A stretch of DNA of 64,000 nt from the NCBI RefSeq assembly GCF_006345805.1, contig NC_043003.1, positions 95,232,001-95,296,000 of the forward strand, in the 5' to 3' direction. The DNA is from Octopus sinensis. Taxonomy: Eukaryota. The position numbers were made by a program, and so were the translations under genes. How positions within the stretch are numbered: position 1 is the stretch's first letter; every line of letters begins with the position of its first letter. The notes under the pieces are model-generated. The model ran no database searches. It was given only the letters and a program-made list of their open reading frames with translations, and had not been told where the DNA came from. Positions 14,143-27,079 of this stretch are shown here, in pieces.

Positions 14143-14546
14143 TAGGAGTGGTTGTGTGGTAAGTAGCTTGCTTACCAACCACATGGTTCCGGGTTCAGTC
14201 CCACTGCGTGGCACCTTGGGCAAGTGTCTTCTACTATAGCCTCGAGCTGACCAAAGCCTTGTGAGTGGATTTGGTAGATAGAAACTGAAAGAAGCCCGTC
14301 GTATATATGTATATATATATATGTGCGTGTATGTTTGTGTGTCTGTGTTTGTCCCCCTAGCATTGCTTGACAACCGATGCTGCTGTGTTTATGTCCCCGT
14401 CACTTAGCGGTTCGGCAAAAGAGACCGATAGAATAAGTACTGGGCTTACAAAGAATAAGTCCCGGGGTCGATTTGCTCGATTAAAGGCTGTGCTCCAGTA
14501 TGGCCGCAGTCAAATGACTGAAACAAGTAAAAGAGAGTAAAAGAGA
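14143..14546 (+). mobile_element. Full-length SINE family C
   Basis: tRNA-like head (gtggttgtgtggtaag...gggttcagtccc), internal TA/TG tract, tail ccagtatggccgcagtcaaatgactgaaac followed by (gtaaaaga) repeats. Confidence 0.85.
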
Positions 14547-14574
14547 TACACACATCAATGAATAAAATATATCT

Positions 14575-14898
14575 GGCACTCTGTCGTTTACAACGACAAG
14601 GGTTCTAGTTGATTCGATCCATGGAACAGCTTGCCTGTGAGATTAACGTGCAAGTGGCTGAGCATCCCTCAGACACGCGTGTCTCTTCACATACTTCTCT
14701 GGGAGATTCAGTGTGACACAGAATGTGACAAGGCTGGCCCCTTTGAAATACAGGTACAGCTCATTTTTGCCAGCTCAGTGGACTAGAGTAACGTGAAATA
14801 AAGTGTCTTGCTCAAGGACACAACGCACCGCCGGGAATCGAACACGTGACCCTACGATTGTGAGCCCAATACCCTAACCACTAAGCTACGCGCCTTCA
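14575..14898 (-). mobile_element. SINE family D
   Basis: Minus-strand head gaaggcgcgtagcttagtggttaggg and B-box gtgttcgattccc. Confidence 0.8.
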
Positions 14899-15025
14899 CA
14901 ATGATGATGATATACAAATACACACACATACATATAAATATACATACGTGTATATGTATATATATACATATATATGCATATAAATATATATACATATACA
15001 TACATATATACATACACACATACGT

Positions 15026-15071
<46 letters not shown>

Positions 15072-15421
15072 GTAGAAGGTTGAAGAGGAACGCACGAGTC
15101 GATATGTAAAAGAAAAATAAGACAATGTAGAAAATGGCAAAATAGTTTTATCATGTAGAGCATTTTAGTACCGGTTTCTGCCTTTGCGACTTTTTCAGCT
15201 TAGAGTAAAGCATGGAAAACAACTAAATTGTGGACAAAATAAATTAAATGTTTTTAAAAAATGTATTCATAGTATTCAAATGCAAGGAACATTTTATTTC
15301 TGTCTGTCTCTGTCTCTCTTTTTTTACTCATGTAGTAGGTAGTAGATAGTAGTAGTCTTCGTATTTGATATGAGTTTTTGGTTTTGATTGTTTTAGCAGG
15401 AGTAGTAGTCGAGAAAAGAGA

Positions 15422-15716
15422 CGGCGGCGGCGGCGAAGAAGAAGAAGAAGAAGGAGAAGAAGGAGGAGAAGAAGAAGAAGAAGAAGAAGAAGAAGAAGAA
15501 GAAGAAGAAGAAGAAGGAGGAGGAGGAGGAGGAGGCGGCGAAGAAGAAGAAGGAGAAGAAGAAGAAGAAGAAGAAGGAGGAGAAGAAGACGAAGAAGAAG
15601 AAGAAGAAGAAGAAGAAGAAGAAGGAGAAGAAGACGAAGAAGAAGAAGAAGAAGAAGAAGAAGAAGAAGACGAAGAAGAAGAAGAAGAAGAAGAAGAAGA
15701 AGAAGAAGAAGAAGAA
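15422..15716. repeat. (GAA)n/(GGA)n polypurine trinucleotide tract
   Basis: Direct reading of the sequence. Confidence 0.95.
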
Positions 15717-15859
15717 TGCGGCAGTGGTATGACAGTTGTAGGATGTTGGTGGAATCCTTCCTGCCTTTTACTGACATTTAGCTAAAGGATTATATAATGT
15801 ACAAATACAATGAAAGAAGGTGCTGCAGTTCCGCTATGCCTATACACGAGCCGCCACCG

Positions 15860-16130
15860 ATGCTGGAAGACCCTAATTGGGGCAACAGGACTCTGCACCA
15901 TGCTGCACAAGCAGGAGAACCCAGTCATGGCTGTTAGACAATTGATGTAACCACATCACCGCTACATCTGGCCACCCAACTCCCCAGATTGCAGACGTCT
16001 TGATTATCACGTGTGGGGCACAGGTGAACGAGAGACCATTAAAACTCCTTGAAAGACCAAAGATGAACTGATGGCAAGGATTATGGCAGCATTAGTTTGA
16101 CCAAAAGAACCGAGTATTGCACGCAAAAAT
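15860..16130 (+). mobile_element. Tc1/mariner-superfamily transposase fragment
   Basis: WPPNSPDCRRLDYHVWG...KTKDELMARIMAA, a degenerate WP.NSPDLNPLD motif. Confidence 0.7.
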
Positions 16131-16302
16131 ATATATTGAAAATAATGCATTTGACCAAATTTGGACATAGGACAGTATATATATATAATATATATATATA
16201 TATGTGTGTGGTGTGTGTGTGTGGTGTGTGTGTGTGGTGTGTGTGTGTGTGTGTGTCTGTGTGTGTGTTTATGTGTGTGTATGTATATATGTTATATATG
16301 TG

Positions 16303-16336
<34 letters not shown>

Positions 16337-16381
16337 CATATCTACATATTACATATATATATGTATATATTTATGTATATA

Positions 16382-16425
<44 letters not shown>

Positions 16426-16951
16426 TATATATATAATATAGTAAAAGTTAGATTCAGGTGAATATGGTACTTAAGTTAAAGGCACCAGAATTTAGTAAGC
16501 CACTTAAATTGTCTATCTATTTTGCCCTATCCATAAAGGATATACTCTGGTTTCTCTTAGATTTGATAAATTAGTCTATAAATTAAAACTAAACATTCTC
16601 CCACCACCACTAGTAAATCTGAATAACAAAAATAATCAGTGATAAGCATTGTCTTTTTTGAAAAAATCTCAGTTACAACTGTGATGTTGTTGATAAAACA
16701 TGTTCTTTGTCTATCTACTTATCCCCTTGGTAATTTTGAATAAAAAGAAAATTATACAAATGAGTCCTTCCAATTTAACTAAATTCTATATTTTTATGCA
16801 GCTGAAGATTGCTTTACATTTTAAATTGATGTAATGTTCGCATTTTTCAATTAAATGGAGTCGCATGAAACGATTGTACTGCATTACCTCTGGATATCCT
16901 TGTTGCTTATTTTGATTATATATGTATAATATACATACATACATACACACA

Positions 16952-17006
<55 letters not shown>

Positions 17007-17083
17007 GATATAGATATAGATATAGATATTCATATGTGTATGTGTATATACTTGTATGTCTGTATATTTTATTCATTAATTTA

Positions 17084-17119
<36 letters not shown>

Positions 17120-17494
17120 TGCATGTGTGTATATATGTCGCAAGGCTTTACTGATTGCAAACAAGGCCACTTAGAAGATGTCCACGACGATGGGAAGACA
17201 ATTTAGTTCAGTAATTTGGGTCAAGCTAGAAAAGAATGTTCCAGTTAAGACAGAACTGTGACCAGTGGTGCATAACATAATCTGATGGCCTGGTCGATAC
17301 TGTGATATTGTGATGTATGCATATATGTATTTAAGTACATGTATGTACCTATATATCTATATATATACTCTTGTTTTCTCTTTAGGTATCTATGCATGTG
17401 TGTGTGTGCGTGTGTGCGTGCGTGTATTTCCATAATTATGCATGCTTCATTGGTGCGTAAACTGGAAGGCACCCTTATTAAGCTAGAACATCTG

Positions 17495-17541
<47 letters not shown>

Positions 17542-17874
17542 TTATCTATCTATCTATTCCATCTTCGAAAAGAAAAGCTCTACATTTATATTTCCCCCCT
17601 CTGTGTTCGGCCCTGTGTGGCCAATAAAGAAAGGTATCTATCTACATAATGTATTATATATATACATATAAAATGTATTATATACAGCTGTAAGTCAAAT
17701 TTACTACAATAAAGAAAAGTATTGAGGGTGAATTGTTCGACTAAATCTTCAAAGCGGTGATCCAGCATGGCCGGAATCCAATGACAGAAACAAGTGAAAG
17801 AGTAAAAGAATTTGTTCTAGATTTTTCTGTTATTATTAGTCAAAACAGCACTTACAAACACATTTTCATAAAAT

Positions 17875-18445
17875 GCATGGGTGTGTTGTAAGAAGTTTGC
17901 GAACAACATGGTTCCAGGTTCAATGCCACTGTGCTTCACCTTGGGCAAGTGTTTTCTACTATAGCCTTGGGTCAACCAAAACCTTGCGAGTGGACTTGGT
18001 AAACAGAAACTGAAAGAAGCCCGCCATATATGTGTGTATGTGTGTCTCCCTGTCTGTGTTTGATCCTACCATCGTTTGAAAACACCCCATAATTTAGCGC
18101 TTCGAGAAAAGGAAACAGTAGAATAAATACCTATTTCTTTACTACCCACAAGGGGCTAAACACAGAGAAGACAAACAAGGACAGACAAAGGGATTAAGTC
18201 GTTTATATCGACCCCAGTGCGTAACTGGTACTTATTTAATCGACCCCGAAAGGATGAAAGGCAAAGTTGACCTCGGCGGAATTTGAACTCAGAACGTAGC
18301 GGCAGACGTGCTAACGTTTCTGCCAGCTCGCCGCCTTCCAGTAGAATAAATACCACGCTACTGGTACCAGTTCATTCGACTAAAATTCTCTAAGTTGGTG
18401 TCGTAGTATGGCCGCGCTCTAATGACTGAAACAAGTAAAAGATTT
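17875..18445 (+). mobile_element. Older SINE-C interrupted by a minus-strand SINE-A (18132-18338)
   Basis: Perfect 16-bp TSD cagtagaataaatacc at 18116-18131 and 18339-18354. Confidence 0.85.
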
Positions 18446-20321
18446 TAAAAAATCTACCAAAGCAAACTCCACTAAAAAAAATAAATGGTCTTAAATTAAC
18501 ACCAAATTCATGTCTTTTGTTGGAGAACATTTTAGCCCAATTGAAACTTTTGATCTTAGCTTTTGAAATCCTTGGATTTTGCTTACAGTTCTTCGTTCTC
18601 ATCTAAATTTCTTCTTTTTTTTCTTTCTTTTCCAACACAGAACCATAACATATCAATAGAATTTATAACCTCTCTAACAGTTGTAAATCACGTTTAACAA
18701 TTTCCCTTTGAACTGCCTACTTTGAACTGCCATCTTAGATCTCTTCTTCAATTTTTAATGCACACATACACACACACAGATACGCGTGCGCGCACACACA
18801 TACAAACGCACGTACACCCACACACGGACACACACATACACACACAGGCACGCATATACATACACAGACGCACGCATACACAAATACACATACACACAAA
18901 AATGCACACACACTCACACGCACTCACACACATACACACACACATATACATACAGATGAATACACATACACGTGGAGACGCACACACACACACGCGCACG
19001 CACACACAAACACACATATATGCGCCCACACGCTTATAGACAAGCCGCGCTTGAACTATTTCTATTTTAGCCGAAAAATTGAGGCGCTGAGCTGGCAGAA
19101 TCGTAAGCAAGCCGGTCAAAAATGCTTAGGGTCGTTTCTGAGTTCAAATTCCACCGAAGTCGACTTAACCTTTAATCTGGGTCAATGTAATCGAATATAA
19201 AATTTCCGGTACTGTGTCTATATTGGTTTCACATTTTGGCACAAGGCCAGCAATTTCGAGGGACTAGGGTCGCTTGACTAGATGGACCCCCAGTACTCAA
19301 TAGGTACCTATTTCATCGACCCGAAAGAATGAATAGCAATGTCGAGCTCAGCAGAATTTGAATCCACAACGTAAAGACGGATAAAATGTCGCTAAGCATT
19401 TTGTTCGCTGCGCCAACGAGTCTGCCAGCTCACCGCCTTAACGGTTTTAGAAAATCGATCTTTTTTTCCAATGGTTTTTTTGTTGTTGCATTTTAATCAA
19501 ATTTTGATAACATAAACTCCAAAATTACTATTAAATTCTTACATGTAACTGCAAAGAAGACAAAAAACATAGCTAATCAGGAAACATCAATGGACGAATA
19601 GAAAATTTTCATGGGCAACTACACACACACACACACATTCACATACACCTCTCTCTCTACATACCTCTTTCTACACACACCTCTCTCTCTCCCTCTACAC
19701 ACACACACACCTCTCTACACACCTCTCCCTCTCTCTCTTTCTCTACACGCGCACACACACTCATAGACGAGCTGCCCTTTAACTATTTCTATTTTATCCG
19801 AAAAATGAAGTCGCCGACCTGGCTGAATCGGACGAAATGCTGAGCGACATTTCTTCCGGTACATATTTCATCCACACCGAGAAGATGAAAGACCACAGCG
19901 GAATTTGAACTCAGAACGTGAAATGAAAGGTGAAGTCGACTTCATTGTGATATGATCTCAGAGCCTAAAATCGACATAACTAAATGATGCAAGGCATTTT
20001 TGCTTACCCAAAAATACCTGGCCTTGCTGCTTATTGCGGAAAACAAGATTAAGTAGCGTTCCTATATGTCATGAGATCCAATCTTATCGGAATTGACTCT
20101 ACGTTGAACCCCTTCGTTGACGATGAATTAAGCCACTGTATGTAATGTAACAACGGTTGAACTTAACATTCCCGATTTTGAGCTTAGCATTTTGAACGCA
20201 CGGGTACGCTTTAGTGATACAATTTCATTTGGTAGACACAAAAAACGAGGGACCAACCAGTTTCATGTTTACGGCTGAAAATGATGTTTTTGTCAATTAG
20301 TGATCCATAAGAACAAAACCA

Positions 20322-20930
20322 GGATCTTTTCCTTTTGAACGGCAGACAATTTCTAGTTAACTAAACACTTTAAAACTTCGTATACTGGTAGAATGTGTCA
20401 AAATAAAACATTTTTTTCTCTTGGCTTTCTTGAGAAAATTGTAATTTGTTTGTTTAATGTAGTTTAATTTTTCGAATTTTAACCAATCCTATGCTCTCTT
20501 TTGAGCTAAAATCATTTGCTGCGTCTAAAACTGAGACAACATCCTGTAACTAACCCTAAACCTCCCCCCTAACCCTAAATTTTTTTCTTAATTGTTACGC
20601 GTGTAAAAAAAAATTAAAGCAATGGAATTAAATTTATTTAACAATTAAGAAAAAAAATGAGGGTTAGGGGGGAGGTTTAGGGTTAGTTACAGGATGTTGT
20701 CTCAGTTTTAGACGAAGCAAATGATTTTAGTTGAATGGCGGTAATCGATTGGTTAAAATTGCCAAAATGCTCGGATTTTCAGACGAAATATCTTACAAAC
20801 TATAGAATTTTCTCAATAAAACCGAGAGAAAATGATGTTTTATAAACAGATTCTACCAGTATACGAAGTTTAAAAGTGTTTAGTTAACTAGAAATTGTGT
20901 TGACATCTGCCGTTCAAAAGGAAAAGATTC
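20322..20930. mobile_element. Fold-back MITE with GG termini and 8-bp TSD
   Basis: ggatcttttccttttgaacggc...gccgttcaaaaggaaaagattc; the inverted arms span almost the whole element. Flanks are caaaacca and ccaaacca. Confidence 0.85.
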
Positions 20931-20966
20931 CCAAACCATATTGCCACCGGCTTTTCCGTCTTCTAG

Positions 20967-21270
20967 GTATATAGTCAAACGAAATCGCTCCTGTGCTTGC
21001 AGATTCATAGGATTATTTTAGTGAAGCCAAGCTGTCTGTAAGCTATTGGTCACATTAAAGCGTAGGTCATTTACTTCTAAGTTATGCTCCTAGAAGTCGT
21101 GATAATAGAAGTTGTTGAAACGTAGTGGTCGTGTGGTCCTTGACACATGGAAGAAGTCCCTAGAAAGATACAAAATCTGCATTGAAGTCTGTGAAATTTG
21201 ATGATTCCGGCTGAAATTGTTCGAAACCAAGTTACAGATTTGGGTATATCGTCACGAGCCAAATCTAAGG
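20967..21270 (+). pseudogene. Possible degenerate immunoglobulin V-set-like exon
   Basis: Acceptor ttttccgtcttctag. Cys at 20998, VSYW (Trp 21047), SGRVVLD (21124), LKSVKFDDSG*NC (Cys 21218); Cys-Cys spacing ~73 codons. Requires frameshifts and has several stops. Confidence 0.35.
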
Positions 21271-22240
21271 AAATTTAAATGTCTGAATACTTGAGATGTT
21301 AACAGAAGTATAGATTTTCGGATCATTAATCTTACCTTTAGAAATAATAATTGTTCAACGGGAATTTAATTGAACTGTACTGGACACGTATCTGCATATG
21401 TAACATAAATTCTTTTTTCTTATTCCTTATCTTAGTTTCCTTAAGTATTTTCTTATATTTTACACCGCCTTTTACACCAATCATCTCTCTGATGGGAGGA
21501 AACGAAAAGTGTAAGAGAGAGAGAGGGAGAGAGAGAGAGAGAGAGAGAGAGCTATTTTCTGCACGGACAAGTAAGGTGACGTAATGCATATCAGCTGATC
21601 TCGGCGACCAGTCTGTTCGAAATAGCAGTCAAATTCTTAAGCCACACCCTGCCTACTTAAACAATAGTTTCTGGTATACAAAAGAGACGAAATATTTACA
21701 ACTAGGACACTTGCACCAAAGGTCTGTTCAGTCAGAGACGATATAGGTGAGTAAATAAAGATGAGTGTAAGTCGCCATAGTGTTGTCCTTCGGTTAGCAG
21801 GATTTAGATCGTTCGAGTTTCACTCTCTTCGTATTTGAATGGTTCTGGCTGTCGACATCAGCTGATTTTGAATAATGCCTGACAAGAATAAATGACTACC
21901 TTCAGTTCTCTTGTTTGTTAATCTGTGGTTTTTCAGAATAGTATCGTTTTATAAGTTCTATTTCAAATCTTATTGGACAGGCTGTGGTGACGACATTGCT
22001 CGAAAGTACAGCATTTGATTACATAGAATTCCATGATCAGAAACAACTCTCGGGTTCAAACCTTAGTACAGAGCTGCTACAACTTTATGCTTAGATTCAT
22101 TCCTCTCCAAGTAAACCGTAAGTAAGAATCTCTTTTCAGCATTAAGCTGCTTATCGTTGCTGTTTCACTACATGTCAGCTTTAATTGAACAGACCAATTA
22201 TTCCTTAAGACAAAATACTGTGACTTGTGGGAAATTTGGT

Positions 22241-22600
22241 GGATCTTTTCCTTTTGAACGGCAAATGTCAACACAATTTCTAGTTAACTAAACACTTTTA
22301 AACTTCGTATACTGGTAGAATGTGTTTATAAAAGAATTTAGGGTTAGGGTTAGGGGGGAGGTTTAGGGTTAGTTACAGGATATTGTCTCAGTTTTAGACG
22401 CAGCAAATGATTTTAGCTCAAAAGAGAGCATAGGATTGATTAAAATTCGAAAAATTAAGCTACGTTAAACAAACAAATTACAATTTTCTCAAGAAAGCCA
22501 AGAGAACAAAATGTTTTATTTTGACACATTCTACCAGTATAGGAAGTTTTAAAGTATTTAGTTAACTAGAAATTGTCTGCCGTTCAAAAGGAAAAGATCC
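22241..22600. mobile_element. Internally deleted copy of the fold-back MITE, opposite orientation
   Basis: Same TIRs. Flanks are aatttggt and gatttggt. Confidence 0.85.
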
Positions 22601-24999
22601 GATTTGGTAGCTATTTAGCAGCAGATCAAGCGATTTTGTAGACGTTCAGTCGTTGCCACGTACAGTGTGGTGATCTGGTAGAATAAATAACTAGTAAAAT
22701 AGCCGCCGGTGTTTTAGTTTGTCTCACCGCAGAAGACAGAATTAGAAATTAAAGCAGAAACTTTTGAAAACATTGTCGTACTACTTAAATAATGTATGAA
22801 AATATTTAAAGATCCCTCATTTTGTACCCACAGTTGTAAACGTTGTAGAAGTCAATGAAATGATTTAATGATAACCCCTGGACGATGTTATGAGGTTTGG
22901 TTGGTTAAGTATCTCTTCAAACTATTCTATTCAATACGTGCTCATTCTTTTGCCATTTTAACGGTATATCTCCAATTTTATTACTATTGGAATTGTAATT
23001 AAGGTGGCGAGTGGCAAGCTGAAAAAAATCGATATCGCGTCGGAAAAAATACTTAACGGCATTTCTTCTGACTCTTTATGGTCTGAGTTCAAACTCCTCT
23101 GTCGTTAACAGCCTTTCAGCCTTTTGGGATCGATGATATAAGTACCCGTTGAGAACTGGGACCGATGGTATAGAATAATCCCCTCCTTCCAAAACTGTTG
23201 GTCTTGTGCCAAAATTTGAAACCATTATTACAATAAAATAAGTACTAATTGAGCATTAGGGTCGATGTAATCGATTTGTCCGCTCCCCCTAAAATAGCTA
23301 ACCTTCGGTCAAAATCGGAAATTATTACTGGAGTAGAAATCACTCTTTACGTCAGTTTACTCCTATTGCAATCTAATACAGATTCCTCCTAACATTTTAG
23401 TATACATCTTCGGCAGTAGCTTTTTCAAACCAACTGCAATCGCTTATAGTGTCTAACCTTAATTTTGTTTTCAAATCTCTGTTTTTGTTATCGCTTACAC
23501 TCCGTTGTTCTTCTGTCCTTGAACAACATCCAAAATATATTCTATATCAAGCTTTCATTATAGATTCTTGTTCGCTACCGAGAAAGAAAGAGAAAGAATG
23601 AGCCAAGCGAGAGTGTGTGACTATCACAATTCTCTCAAAGTGGTTAACCTAAGTACAAGTGCAATGGCTTCAGATGAGTTGAACATTCAGGTAACCACTT
23701 GCTTATTCTACTATGATCAACACAAAAGCTTTTTGTCTTTTTACACACTTGTGTGAAATCCGAAATTTTCAACGGAGAGTGTAAGTTGTGGGAGTTCTGT
23801 TTTTCAAGGGTTGCCTCATATTCTATATTCAATGGCATTATCTTGTTACCGAAGATTGAATCTTTGGATGTTTGATCCACTTTTGTAGAAAATATTAAAA
23901 TCTCATCAAACCTAGGTTTTTGCACTTCCACTTAGTTTCAAGAGGATCCATTATAGGAATATGGAATGACCCCTAACACGTCACTGATACTTTATTTTAT
24001 CAACTTGGCAGGATAAACGGCAAAATGGAATTTTGGCTAAGTGGAATTTGAACTCATAATGTAAAGGAGTATTACTAAATAACGTCAACCATTGATAGTA
24101 ATGGCGTCTCGGTTTTCCATCAGAATATGCATACACGTTCAAAATAGATTTCTAAAATGTCAACTTGTTCCCAAAAACTAGTGACATAAATGAGTAGAAA
24201 TGGTTCTAACCAGGAATCGAAATTGGGACGCAAATTCTAATTATCTTGGATTTATTTCTCCTCCACGATACGTGGCATTCATCTACTGAAAAGAAAGTTA
24301 GCCATTGTTGTCAAATATCTTAATATTTCTATACATTATTAACTGACTAAAAAAAAACAAAAAAAACTGCTGAAGTCTTAAAAGTGTTATTCTCAATAAA
24401 ATCTGGTGGTTCTCACCGTATTCTTAAGTTGTCTTTTCAAGATAAAAACCAATCCTTTCTTAATGGGAATATTAATTTCCAAGAGCCTATTTCACTGATA
24501 TAGAAAAATGTGTACATATAAAACACCAGTGAATATGGATCTTTCTATATCGATCCATTATCAATGAAGGAAACAAGCAAATTTATGAGCTGGAACGAGG
24601 ACAAATGAAATAATTGATATCAGGTTAATATGAAATTGCTTTATTTTGAAAGGGTTATAAAAAAAATAAAAAGCAATAACTCACACACGCACAAGCGCGA
24701 AAACAATTGAAACCACCTATTTATGTATAATTCTATGCTTGAATAAATCCATATTATTATCTTACAACAGGATACAAAAGCAGAACTTTGTGCGGAGGAT
24801 TTCATATATTACATTAAAGAAAAATAAGGGATGAACAGAATGTGAAACAATGAGAAATTATAATACATTAAGGAAACACCAAAGCATTTGTGAAAGGTGA
24901 ACGGTTGGATTCTGATAAACGGTTTTGTTCAGACTTGAATTGTATCAACTAATATACGCGTGTTATCTAGATGGATTTGATAAACTTTTTTGTTCCTAT

Positions 25000-25503
25000 C
25001 TATCTGCGCTTCATGGACGATGGTGAACAGGTGTGGTCGCCTTTTGTGCGACGCGCTTTTCCGCAGCTCGTCTCCTTGGTCGAACTACAATTGTGGATCA
25101 AACAGAGACCGAATCTGGGCGAATGGCACCGCGAGTGTCGCGTTGCTCTGCCTCCCGGGACCAAATTTGTGCGACTTCATTACAACAAAGGCATTCTATA
25201 GAGGATTAATGGAGGGGAGGTGCGACGACGTTCTCGGGCAGAATCTGGGCGTCGACGAGAGACACCTGACTTCCCCTTTACACTTTATATTGACATTTCT
25301 GTGATAACGGTCCCTATTGATCGATTTTTTTATTTTTCCTTTTATTTTACCCCCCCCCTTTCTTTTGCTTTTGCTTTCCTCTTTCTTTCCTTTTACGATC
25401 CCTTTTGATCGAAAACCAACTCCCCTTTTTTATCCCCAAAAGAAAAGCTCTACCTTGTAATTTGTCCCTTCTGTGTGCAGCCCTGTGTGGCTAATAAAGA
25501 AAC
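25000..25503 (+). mobile_element. 3' fragment of an L1/Tx1-like LINE ending in (TATC/CATC)n
   Basis: GC-rich coding-like piece (EQVWSPFVRRAFPQL...KAFYRGL), pyrimidine-rich 3' UTR and AATAAA tail. The tail recurs at 17565-17635. Clade assignment is tentative. Confidence 0.5.
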
Positions 25504-25517
25504 ACATCCATCCATCC

Positions 25518-25584
<67 letters not shown>

Positions 25585-25585
25585 C

Positions 25586-25624
<39 letters not shown>

Positions 25625-25625
25625 C

Positions 25626-25712
<87 letters not shown>

Positions 25713-25908
25713 CATCCATCCATCCATCCATCCTCCATCCATCCATCCATCCATCCATCATCCATCCATCCACCCACCCACCCACCACCCACCCACCCAC
25801 CCACCCACCCACCCATCCATCCATCCATCCATCCATCCATCCATCCATCCATCCATCCATCCATCCATCCATCCATCCATCATCATCCATCTATCTATCC
25901 ATCTATCC

Positions 25909-25945
<37 letters not shown>

Positions 25946-26383
25946 ACACGGTGTATTGGCCGAGCCATTAGAACATGGGATAGATTTGTTTGCAGTGTTT
26001 CAGCTCTCTACCTTCTGAGTTCAAATCCTGCTGAAGTCAACTTTGGAATTGATAAATAAAGTATCAGTTCTGTACTGGAATAGATTCATCTTTTTCTTTC
26101 TTTCTGCCTGTCTAAATTGTTCTTGAAGATATTTTCTTTGATCAGAGCAGGTGAATAACACTAGTTTAAAACATGCCAATGACACACCCACTGCCACAGC
26201 AGTGTCTTGAAAAATAAAAATATATATGTGTGCGTGTGTGTGTGTGCGCGCGTCACAGCGAGGTTTCATGCATTTGTGTGTGTATGTATGCATGTATAAA
26301 GTAACAAACTGAGGGAAAGAGTTCCTTTAAAGGGAAGATTATTATTAGTTAATTTAAACAATATTTTTTTAAAAATCAATTAA

Positions 26384-26540
26384 GGATCTTTATCTTTTGA
26401 CCGACAGATTTTAAAAATATTTTTTTGTAACTAAACACTTTCAAACTTCGTATACTGGTAGAATGTGCCACATAAAGCATCTTTTACTCTTAGTGTTGTT
26501 GAGAAAATTCTGTATTTTGGAAGTTATTTCTTGTTAAAGT
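26384..26540. mobile_element. Diverged single arm of the fold-back MITE family
   Basis: ggatctttatcttttgaccgacag...taactaaacactttcaaacttcgtatactggtagaatgtg matches 20322-20400. Confidence 0.7.
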
Positions 26541-27079
26541 TAAAGTGTGTTGAGGTGGAGAGAGATATAGGATAGTAAAAGAGGGTGAGCAATGGGAAGA
26601 ACGTGAGAGAGAGAGAGAGAGAGAGATAGTGCGTGTGTGTGTGCGTGTGTGTGTGGGCCCCTGTGTGTCTGAAAGGAGTGTCAATGGAAAAGAGAAGGAA
26701 TGAAAGAAGAGAGAAAGAAGACAAATTTGTTTACCTCTATGCAGCTGGTCAGTTCTTTCAATAGAAATTGATTCTTGGCCTTTAAAATGGCAAAACCAGG
26801 TGGCTACTTCAAGGATAGGGGTCTTGTTTTGATAAAAGTTATTTTTCATAAATTTTTCTGGATTTCTTTTCATCATTGTCCACTGAGAGAGAGTGTGTGA
26901 GTGTGTGTGTTTTTCTTTTGTGAGTGTGTGTATGTGTGCCTGTGTATCTGAAAGGGGTGTCAAGGGAAAAGAGAAGGAAAGAAAGAAGAAAAATGTGTTT
27001 ACATCTATGTAGCATAGATGGATGTAGAAAAATGTTAGCATAACTGCCATGTTGTGGTGGATACTACATTGGTCAAACA

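Noticed and set aside
15378-15785. Poly-Glu / poly-Leu protein
   Set aside because: Pure (GAA/GGA)n tract with no splice context or complex flanking coding sequence.
20550-20690. Interstitial telomere or chromosome fusion site (head-to-head TAACCC/GGGTTA)
   Set aside because: Only two imperfect units per arm, and they are internal parts of a multicopy MITE.
21077-21262. Minus-strand ORF with Ig-like SVTWFR
   Set aside because: No properly spaced Cys or DxGxYxC motif; the + strand explains the region better.
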